A program made the position numbers and the translations under genes. 32,000 bases of DNA from Massilicoli timonensis (GTDB lineage: Bacteria > Bacillota_I > Bacilli_A > Erysipelotrichales > Erysipelotrichaceae), in assembly GCF_900199515.1 (NCBI RefSeq), contig NZ_LT963433.1, positions 120,001-152,000 of the forward strand. Reading direction: 5' to 3'. This document shows, one piece after another, positions 25,663-32,000 of the stretch. Position 1 is the first letter of the stretch, and each line of letters starts with the position of its first letter. The notes below the pieces were generated by a model. The model saw only the letters and a list, made by a program, of their open reading frames with translations. It had not been told where the DNA came from and did no database searches.

Positions 25663-26151
25663 TCAAATTTTCTTTTTCAGCGTTGCATAAATCTTAGTGA
25701 GCCTGTTGCGGATAGCCGCCTCAGAAACGCCTTCTTCTGCTGCAATATCCACATTGGTCATGTTGCGATAGAACTTCTTAACCACGGTATCCTTCTGCTT
25801 GTCCGTCAGTTCCGAAAGAGCCACCTTCAACTTTTCAATCTGAAGAGAACGCTCTTCGTTTGCGATAGAGTTCAGAATCTGCTGCAAAGGATTGTAAGTA
25901 TCATCCTCAAGATACGGGTTGCGGTCATCCGCATCGTCGCCGTCCCCATCGTGGTAGCCTTCATAATGAACTGGACAGTGATATGCCTCTCTACGGTCGG
26001 CATCCAGTTCATCATCGTCCATACCATGAAGCTGTGAGATGATGGTTGCATTTTCTCCGTTTTCGCCGGGAGTGATGGTATAGCTTGTACCATCGTTGAA
26101 GTAATAAATGTAATTTGTACGGTTGTCTTCCGCTGTTTTGAACTTTCTCAT
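25663..26151 (-). CDS. Protein with a sigma-70 region-4-like HTH only, plus an acidic N-terminal region (first phage gene)
   Basis: C-terminal LSELTDKQKDTVVKKFYRNMTNVDIAAEEGVSEAAIRNRLTKIYATLKK is region-4-like. I see no region-2-like segment. The N-terminal half is Asp-rich (HDGDGDDADD). Confidence 0.7.
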   Translation of the reverse strand: MRKFKTAEDNRTNYIYYFNDGTSYTITPGENGENATIISQLHGMDDDELDADRREAYHCPVHYEGYHDGDGDDADDRNPYLEDDTYNPLQQILNSIANEERSLQIEKLKVALSELTDKQKDTVVKKFYRNMTNVDIAAEEGVSEAAIRNRLTKIYATLKKKI

Positions 26152-26156
26152 TTAAA

Positions 26157-26199
26157 GTCCCTGCCTTTCTTTTACGCCCGATTGGGTGGCGGCAGGGAC
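26157..26199 (-). promoter_or_regulatory. Hairpin sequestering the SD of the sigma-like gene
   Basis: GUCCCUGCC-(25 nt)-GGCAGGGAC. The 3' arm carries the only SD-like purines (AGGCAGGGA) and ends 5 nt before the ATG at 26151. Confidence 0.5.
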
Positions 26200-26200
26200 A

Positions 26201-26235
26201 CAAAAAGAGCCGATGTGATGGTACACACCGACTCT
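26201..26235 (-). terminator. Intrinsic terminator inside the early leader
   Basis: AGAGUCGGUGUG-UACCAU-CACAUCGGCUCU forms 12 bp with two G.U pairs (C.A on plus), followed by UUUUG. Confidence 0.65.
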
Positions 26236-26397
26236 GATACCGAAAATGGGTATGACAAAGTACGGTGGGTACATCTGCGGTCAGTCCACGGCTATACCGT
26301 GAAATTGACTCTTGATGTATCCCGCCGCCTTAAGGTCGACCACTTCGGGCATTGGAATATTTTTTCTGACAATCTCCTTGTGTTGATTGTCATAGAC

Positions 26398-26443
26398 ATT
26401 ATAATTCTTTAAAATTTTTCATGACCAACTCGGTGAGTTGGTC
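26398..26443 (-). promoter_or_regulatory. Candidate early promoter (TATAAT) with an overlapping perfect 21-bp palindromic operator
   Basis: Minus-strand TATAAT = plus 26398-26403. Palindrome GACCAACTC-GGT-GAGTTGGTC at 26423-26443. A weak -35-like TTGGTC/TGGTCA lies inside its proximal arm, 18-19 nt from the -10. Confidence 0.5.
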
Positions 26444-26484
26444 GAGGAATGCCCATAATATCGGTGTTTTCTGTTTTTGGGCAT

Positions 26485-26509
26485 AAAAAAAGGACCCCTT
26501 TCGGGGTCC
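26485..26509 (-). terminator. Rho-independent terminator of the hsdR operon
   Basis: Minus strand GGACCCC-GAAA-GGGGUCC followed by UUUUUUU, 28 nt after the stop of the 530-aa gene. Confidence 0.88.
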
Positions 26510-26511
26510 AA

Positions 26512-26532
26512 AACCAACTCAGTGAGTTATCA
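26512..26532. repeat. Degenerate second copy of the operator-like palindrome
   Basis: AACCAACTCAGTGAGTTATCA matches 16 of 21 positions of the 26423-26443 palindrome, offset by 89 bp. Confidence 0.5.
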
Positions 26533-26536
26533 AAAT

Positions 26537-28129
26537 TTATTCATTATCTTTTATTGTACTTCCTAATTCATCAACGCCTGCTCTTTTACAGATGCTATTG
26601 AAATCCTGTACGGAAATACCAGGCATATTCTCCATAATGCGAATATAGGTTTTATCTGGGTCATGGTAATAGTCCAGCTTATTCTTTGACTTTTCAAAAA
26701 TCTTTTCTGTAATACGAAGACTTAATTTCATACCAACACATATAGCCATAAGGACATCCGTACCCATATTGTTGTATTTATCGTTTTTTATCTTTCCGTG
26801 ATAATTTTTATGCAGTCCTGTTCTATCATTGAACACTTCCGGGTAATTCCATTTTCTGTTTTCCATCAAATACCACAGACATTGGCATAGCGTACTCGTC
26901 GGGTCGCCCAATCTTTTCATCAGTTCTATTTCTTCAGCTTCATCATAAACAGAAATATAATCATGAAACGCATCGTAAGCCTCGTCGGGTTCGTATGCAA
27001 AATTAGCCTGATATTTCGGATGAAATGTTAATATTCGTTGGTCTATCCCTTCCACACGATGCAGAACGGAAAAACCAATCAAGTCTTTCGATACATTTCG
27101 GTATTCAGTGTACTTATACTCTCGGATATTAATAGCACATTGAGCCAGCTTTTTCTTTGCTTTTGCTGTTAAATGGAGTTCGCCTTCTTTTAATAGAACA
27201 TACTGCTTCTCAGCAAGGACAAAATAGCCATCTGCATATACGAAACGGCCTCCATCTACCCACTCTCTTAATGATGAGTCTGCGGATAGAAGTTGATAGG
27301 CTTCAAGCGGCGTTAATGCCACCAGTTCCTTGCTTCCTGTTATTTCCGCAAATACTGCATCAAAATCATCAAAAATTCGGAGTTTATCAAGCAAACCAAC
27401 CTCAATCAAACGGTACTTGACCGAAACACGAGATACAATAAAAAATGTACTCAAATCCTCAATAAGGATATCGCAGGATGGAAATATATCGTTTTGTGGG
27501 TCGTTATAACTGGCTATTAACTCCAGTGCCTTCTGTTTGAACATTTCAAAAGGCATCAACACTCTTGGAGCCAATCTATGTGCCTGCCACTCCAACCACT
27601 TTACCTCATTTTCTTTTGTCTTTTTTCCTTCTGGAGGCTCAAAGAATGTTTCAGACTGTCGGCACATAATTGGATACAGTTTTTCTGATGCGGCAGCATT
27701 TTTCAATGCCAAAATTTCAAAATACATCTTATCCTTTTCCCAATGTAGTGCCTCGTGTATAAGAGTATTTCGTTTTGCGCCCTCACCGTAAACCGCCTCA
27801 GAGGCAGGGTCAATCAATATTGTCCCCGCAGGAAAGTGAACGGGCTGAGATGTGCCATTATCGGCATCATATACATCAACCTCTCCATCTAAAAGCAAGC
27901 AACATCCAAATATATCGAGATTTCTCGAAAGTGAAACTTCTTTGACTGTAAGTTGTGCTTCTGCGAGAATCTTCTCAACGGGAAGTGGCATCGGAGACAG
28001 AAGAGCCTCTTTGCAATGCTTAGTCAGATATTTAGTTGCATAATCATCCAGGCGATTCTTGCCAAGAATCAAGGCTCCTGTTTTTTTATTGATATCATAG
28101 ATATCGCTCGATGTCAGCTTCTTCGTCAT
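26537..28129 (-). CDS. ImmA/IrrE-like HExxH metallopeptidase domain protein with an unknown middle region and an XRE-like C-terminal HTH (~530 aa)
   Basis: TLIHEALHWEKD plus EWQAHRLAPRVLMPFEMF fits the ImmA/IrrE pattern HExxH...E..AN.FA..LLMP. C-terminal FNDRTGLHKNYHGKIKNDKYNNMGTDVLMAICVGMKLSL fits an XRE helix-turn-helix pattern. ATG at 28129 with SD AAAGGAGAA; the ORF-track start at 28162 is a TTG. Confidence 0.7.
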   Translation of the reverse strand: MTKKLTSSDIYDINKKTGALILGKNRLDDYATKYLTKHCKEALLSPMPLPVEKILAEAQLTVKEVSLSRNLDIFGCCLLLDGEVDVYDADNGTSQPVHFPAGTILIDPASEAVYGEGAKRNTLIHEALHWEKDKMYFEILALKNAAASEKLYPIMCRQSETFFEPPEGKKTKENEVKWLEWQAHRLAPRVLMPFEMFKQKALELIASYNDPQNDIFPSCDILIEDLSTFFIVSRVSVKYRLIEVGLLDKLRIFDDFDAVFAEITGSKELVALTPLEAYQLLSADSSLREWVDGGRFVYADGYFVLAEKQYVLLKEGELHLTAKAKKKLAQCAINIREYKYTEYRNVSKDLIGFSVLHRVEGIDQRILTFHPKYQANFAYEPDEAYDAFHDYISVYDEAEEIELMKRLGDPTSTLCQCLWYLMENRKWNYPEVFNDRTGLHKNYHGKIKNDKYNNMGTDVLMAICVGMKLSLRITEKIFEKSKNKLDYYHDPDKTYIRIMENMPGISVQDFNSICKRAGVDELGSTIKDNE

Positions 28130-28859
28130 CAATATCGGATTCTCCTTTTTCCATGTAATCAAGAGGCATAGTAGCTAACAATTTCTTTGCTTCACGCCAT
28201 GTCGGATAATACTGCTCTACTAAAGCATGGAACCTATGTGTGTGGTTTTTCTCTAACAAATGCACTAATTCGTGAACAACCACATATTCAAGACACTCCA
28301 CAGGTTTCTTTGCAAGCTGCAAATTAATCCAAATCCTGCGCTTGTCAATATTACACGTGCCCCAGCGAGTTCTCATATTCTTGATACGAACTTCACTCGC
28401 ATAGACTTCCATTTTCTTTTCGCAACTTGCTACAACGGTATCCAGGACACGGCTCAATTCCTGTCTATACCACTCAATAAATAATTTCTCTTTTGCATCC
28501 GTTGATGTACCTTCTGGCACAGTCATTACTATTTTGGTTGGCGTTTTTACAATTTTCTGTTGCTTGCCCTCATAGATGACCTGCAAACGGTATGGTTTAC
28601 CCCACAAGTAATGGGACTCACCGGACACATATTCTCTTTTGCTCTGACGCTCCTGCGCCAACATTCTGTCACGAACCTTAGTAATCTCCGGCAATTTCTT
28701 CAGGACAAATAATTTTATATCTTCATCCTTCAGTTCCAGAGGAGAACTAACAGTCACATTGCCTTCTGGCGGGTTGACTCTGATATACAGATTTTTTAGA
28801 TTGCTCTTTCTGATAATTTCAACAGTCAACCCACCGATTTCCATTTCTTCTTTACGCAT
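28095..28859 (-). CDS. YgjP-like (DUF45, M48-type) metallopeptidase
   Basis: VVHELVHLLEKNHTHRF is the YgjP-type HExxHxxxxNH signature. The ATG at 28859 overlaps the hsdR stop (ATGCGTAA). The ORF-track N-terminal extension to 28961 lies inside hsdR and is rejected. Confidence 0.8.
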   Translation of the reverse strand: MRKEEMEIGGLTVEIIRKSNLKNLYIRVNPPEGNVTVSSPLELKDEDIKLFVLKKLPEITKVRDRMLAQERQSKREYVSGESHYLWGKPYRLQVIYEGKQQKIVKTPTKIVMTVPEGTSTDAKEKLFIEWYRQELSRVLDTVVASCEKKMEVYASEVRIKNMRTRWGTCNIDKRRIWINLQLAKKPVECLEYVVVHELVHLLEKNHTHRFHALVEQYYPTWREAKKLLATMPLDYMEKGESDIDDEEADIERYL

Positions 28860-31800
28860 CGTATTCTTCCTGCCTTTGTGCAATATCGAAGACATTATTG
28901 GTTTCTTCGGTCGCCTTGTCTTCGCTATAGCTATGAAGCAATAATTTTTTATAAATAGCAAGTCTTATACGCTGCTGTTTTTGAAAGTTTCTCTTCCATT
29001 CCGGTTGAATCGATACTCGGATTGCTCCATCAACATCAATCGTCAATTCAACATTCTGCTCAAAATAGTCATACAACGCACGTCTTGCGGCGCTATCCTT
29101 AATCTCATCAGGATAGCTACCACTGGTTTCTGGATGGAGAATGGCTTCCGCCAATTCAACAACCTGTCTGAGATATTCTTCATAACTCATAGCTTCAATT
29201 TTTCGCTGCATGATGATTTTCTTCAGCATCTCAGACAACTTTCCATAGTACACACTATTGGAACTCATCTTCTTAACAATTTCATGCTGTATGTTGTTGT
29301 CGATTGTCTCAGCTTTTGCCTCGTTGTCACCAGGCAGGTCTTTAACCAGATCCGCTGGAGTTGTCGTTTTCCCTTGTAAGAGAAGTTCAACAAGAGACAT
29401 ATTTCCAAGTTCGCTCACCACTTTTGTGTCTTCGGCACGGATGTAGGTGTCCAAAATATAGCGCATATCAGCCTCATATGGCTTGAGGTCAATATAATCG
29501 CAGCTTGCCAACTTAATCATTTCTTTGATTTTGTTATAGCCGGATATTTCACCACGCAGGTGATTTACATCCTCTTCGGTATAACCATAATCAGCAACCA
29601 ATCTGTCGCAGCAGTTGGCAAAGGAACGAGAAAGAGCCGCCGTCAATGCATACAGTGTGTCTCTTCTTGCAGTTTTCTCATCACTTTCGCTGTCATCACC
29701 GCAGAAATATTCAATGTAGTCGGTATCTGCCTGTGGCATAGGAACATTCTCAATCAACGCCTCAAGGGAAGTGAGTGTTCCTTCCAACTCAGATTTTGCT
29801 TCATCGTAGCGATTTTTAATGAGCCCCTCGACATCTTCTTTATCGTAGCCATCGAAGGCCTCGGTTGTGTAATCTGCAACCGCCAGCTGCACATTACGGA
29901 ATAAGTCCATATAATCCACGATATATCCATAATCCTTGTCCTCGCCATCCGGTCTGTTAACACGGCAGATAGCCTGGAACAAGTCATGGTCACGCATGGA
30001 TTTATCAATATAAAGATAGGTTGCGCTCGGAGCGTCAAAGCCAGTCAGCAGTTTATCAACCACAATTAGCAGTTTCATCTGCGCCGGCTCGTGTTTGAAG
30101 CGTTCCTTGGCCTCCTTTTCAAACTCAGCGAGTTTCTTTCCGCCGAGCATACGCTCATAGATTGCTTTTTTATACTCGTCTTCGCTTGCCTGATTAGGGT
30201 CGGTCGTTGCCGTTCTGACACTCTGTGTGGTAGGTTCATAAGAAGTAACAACAGCACACTTGGTAAATCCCATGCTCATGAAGATTTCCCAATAGCGGCA
30301 AGCCTCATAAATACTGTTTGCCACAAGCATAGCTGTGCCACGGTCTTCCTTAAGTCTCGGCTTAAGGCTCATATCAAAAACGATATCGGATGCAATTTTC
30401 TCCAGACGCTGCTTGGAACTATACAGTTTATTGATAGAAGTCCAACTCTGCTTTAATTGGAGTTTTGCACGTTCAGTCAATCCATGTGTTTTGTTTTCAA
30501 ACCACAAATCGACTTTATCCTGGCTGGACAAATCCTGATCTACATCCCTCGCTTCATAACGAAGGTCAAGAACCACGCCGTCCTCTACGCCTTCATCGAA
30601 TTTATAAGTATGGATGTATGTACCGAATGTTTCCAGGCTCGTCTGCTTGTCCGTTTTCAAAAGAGGAGTACCCGTAAAACCAATCAGAACGGCGTTAGGC
30701 ATCAGCGCTTTTACAGCCTCATGCAATTTGCCGGAATTGGTACGGTGACACTCATCGATGAATGCCACGATATTGCCCTTTGCACAGAAATCCTTCGGCA
30801 GGTCCTTCAGCAATTCTTTTCTGTACTGGTCGATATCAGACTGATTTCCTGCGTTATGTCCATATTTGTGAATCAACGAACACACAATAGCATCCTCATT
30901 CTTATCCAAAATGGAACGCAGGTCAGCACAGCTTTTTGCTCTGCGAACCTTTTCGTCTACATCAATGAAAAGGCTTTCAATTTGGTCATCCAGTTCATCA
31001 CGGTCCGTAATAATAACAACACGGCTGTCTGTGACATTTTCAATAATCCACTTGGTAAGCCAAACCATAATCAGCGATTTACCGGAACCTTGGGTGTTCC
31101 AGATGATACCGCCTTCTTTATCTTGGATTCGCTTACGGGCAGCAATATTAGCAAAATACTGATTGTGTCTTGTTACCTTCTTGATGCCTGCATCATATAT
31201 CACAAAATCGTGGATAAGAGACAAGAAGCGTTCCTTATGGCAAATGGAAATTACGCCATCTCTCAAACGGTTAACTTCTTTGACCTGTAACAATTTCACA
31301 GCAGCAGATAAATCGTCGGTTGCTTTTTTGTCCTCTTTCCATTTCAGATAATACTTTTCAGGCGTATCGGTTGTACCATAGAAAAGACCTTCTGCTTCAT
31401 TGCCCGCAAACAGAAACTGTGCCGTACTGAAGAAATTCAGAATGTTTTCACGCTTCTGATTCTGCAACATCTGACGGATGCCTTTTCCGGCACTGACATA
31501 AGAACTCTTCAATTCAAATACGCCGAGTGCGATACCGTTAATATACAGTACAACATCGGGACGTTTTCTCGTCACCTTATCAAAACGCAGAACAGACACT
31601 TCTTCCGCAACATAGAAATCGTTGCTGTCGGTATCGTCCCAATTTATATAGTGTACTGTCTGGCGACGTCCATGCTCATCCTTCGCTCCCTGTCGTCCGT
31701 AACGGAGCAGGGAATATACACCTCGGTTAATTTGATAAAGCGTATCGACCTGGTTATTTACCTTGCTCAAGAGTTCACTGATAGCAGTTTTGATCTGGTC

Positions 31801-31962
31801 ATCACTGTACCCACGCTTTTTCAGATTAGCTTTCAGCAAATCTTCCTTAACGGGTGTGTTATCGATATCTTCAAGGTTTCCAAGATAAGTATAACCAAGG
31901 TCATCAACCAACCAATGCAGGACTCTTTTTTGTAATTTTTTCTCCGCATCTACAGTTGCCAT
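28852..31962 (-). CDS. hsdR: Type I restriction enzyme, R subunit
   Basis: N-terminal PD-(D/E)xK RPDVVLYINGIALGVFELK, Walker A NTQGSGKS, DEAH-like FIDECHR, 1036 aa. SD AAGGAGG before the ATG at 31962. Confidence 0.93.
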   Translation of the reverse strand: MATVDAEKKLQKRVLHWLVDDLGYTYLGNLEDIDNTPVKEDLLKANLKKRGYSDDQIKTAISELLSKVNNQVDTLYQINRGVYSLLRYGRQGAKDEHGRRQTVHYINWDDTDSNDFYVAEEVSVLRFDKVTRKRPDVVLYINGIALGVFELKSSYVSAGKGIRQMLQNQKRENILNFFSTAQFLFAGNEAEGLFYGTTDTPEKYYLKWKEDKKATDDLSAAVKLLQVKEVNRLRDGVISICHKERFLSLIHDFVIYDAGIKKVTRHNQYFANIAARKRIQDKEGGIIWNTQGSGKSLIMVWLTKWIIENVTDSRVVIITDRDELDDQIESLFIDVDEKVRRAKSCADLRSILDKNEDAIVCSLIHKYGHNAGNQSDIDQYRKELLKDLPKDFCAKGNIVAFIDECHRTNSGKLHEAVKALMPNAVLIGFTGTPLLKTDKQTSLETFGTYIHTYKFDEGVEDGVVLDLRYEARDVDQDLSSQDKVDLWFENKTHGLTERAKLQLKQSWTSINKLYSSKQRLEKIASDIVFDMSLKPRLKEDRGTAMLVANSIYEACRYWEIFMSMGFTKCAVVTSYEPTTQSVRTATTDPNQASEDEYKKAIYERMLGGKKLAEFEKEAKERFKHEPAQMKLLIVVDKLLTGFDAPSATYLYIDKSMRDHDLFQAICRVNRPDGEDKDYGYIVDYMDLFRNVQLAVADYTTEAFDGYDKEDVEGLIKNRYDEAKSELEGTLTSLEALIENVPMPQADTDYIEYFCGDDSESDEKTARRDTLYALTAALSRSFANCCDRLVADYGYTEEDVNHLRGEISGYNKIKEMIKLASCDYIDLKPYEADMRYILDTYIRAEDTKVVSELGNMSLVELLLQGKTTTPADLVKDLPGDNEAKAETIDNNIQHEIVKKMSSNSVYYGKLSEMLKKIIMQRKIEAMSYEEYLRQVVELAEAILHPETSGSYPDEIKDSAARRALYDYFEQNVELTIDVDGAIRVSIQPEWKRNFQKQQRIRLAIYKKLLLHSYSEDKATEETNNVFDIAQRQEEYDA

Positions 31963-32000
31963 CTTGCGCCTCCTTACGTAGTTAAACGGACGCGACCTGT

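Larger units (their letters stand above)
1..26450 (-). mobile_element. Phage/prophage segment (siphovirus-like; HK97-type head genes, TP901/phi13-type tail genes). Neither end is defined inside the window.
   Basis: Uninterrupted minus-strand series of replication, packaging, head and tail genes with start/stop overlaps. The right limit is inferred from a compositional break and the terminator at 26485-26509. No integrase or att pair is visible. Confidence 0.85.

Noticed and set aside
26152-26274. 40-codon minus-strand leader ORF (MYPPYFVIPIFGIRVGVYHH...) ending at the TAA adjacent to the sigma-like ATG, which could suggest attenuation by leader-peptide translation
   Set aside because: No SD precedes its ATG. 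I keep it only as a remote possibility under the leader finding.
26182-26412. 76-aa plus-strand ORF in the long intergenic region
   Set aside because: It has no SD and runs opposite to every other gene. It spans the minus-strand terminator and hairpins, and its product is low-complexity.
26425-26528. Direct 15-mer repeat CCAACTC(G/A)GTGAGTT as an attL/attR pair
   Set aside because: Both copies are 89 bp apart on the same side of the element, so they cannot flank it. The first is part of a perfect palindrome overlapping a promoter. An att core is still possible if a third copy exists outside the window.
28860-28961. N-terminal 34-codon extension of the YgjP-like ORF, and similar ORF-track extensions at 5384-5437, 13228-13302, 25030-25083 and 28130-28162
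   Set aside because: These extensions overlap the preceding gene and lack an SD (the 28162 and 10058 starts I checked are TTG). In each case a downstream ATG or GTG has a GGAGG-type SD at 5-10 nt.
1-32000. Lysogeny module (integrase, CI-like repressor, excisionase) or transposase that would define the element type
   Set aside because: No tyrosine- or serine-recombinase or transposase motifs appear in any frame of this window. Whether the element is an integrated prophage, a phage-plasmid or a virion genome cannot be decided from this window.

Overview
All credible genes lie on the minus strand, so the biological order runs from right to left. Positions 1 to about 26.45 kb are one contiguous phage or prophage segment. 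It begins with a structured early leader and a gene carrying only a sigma-70 region-4-like HTH. Next is a replication module: DUF2800 Cas4/RecB-like nuclease, T7 gp2.5-like SSB, family-A DNA polymerase, DUF4406-like protein, PD-(D/E)xK protein, VirE-type primase/helicase, VRR-NUC and an SNF2 helicase. Then come an ArpU/RinA/DUF1492-like late regulator, an HNH endonuclease and a P27-type small terminase. A 5.7-kb cargo island follows and separates terS from terL. It holds a compact MetK-like SAM synthetase, a ParB-fused DPPY methyltransferase, a large C5-cytosine methyltransferase and four small unknown genes. After terL come an HK97-type portal, a ClpP-like protease, the major capsid protein, head-tail joining genes, the major tail protein, a G/GT tail chaperone pair with an A_AAA_AAC -1 slippery site, and the first 271 codons of the tape measure gene. 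The tape measure gene is missing from the ORF track because it runs off the window. Positions about 26.5 to 32 kb are visibly more AT-rich. They carry a type I restriction R subunit (hsdR) translationally coupled to a YgjP/DUF45-like metallopeptidase and to a ~530-aa ImmA/IrrE-like peptidase with an apparent XRE-like C-terminal HTH. Several intergenic gaps hold stem-loops that pair fully only on the minus strand (G.U wobbles there are C.A mismatches on plus). Some of these have U-tracts and sit inside what should be single transcription units. I saw no rRNA, complete tRNA, CRISPR array, integrase or transposase. Family names come from motif recognition and memory only, since no database search was possible. 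Several start codons were moved from the ORF-track start to a downstream ATG/GTG/TTG that has a GGAGG-type Shine-Dalgarno (SD) sequence.
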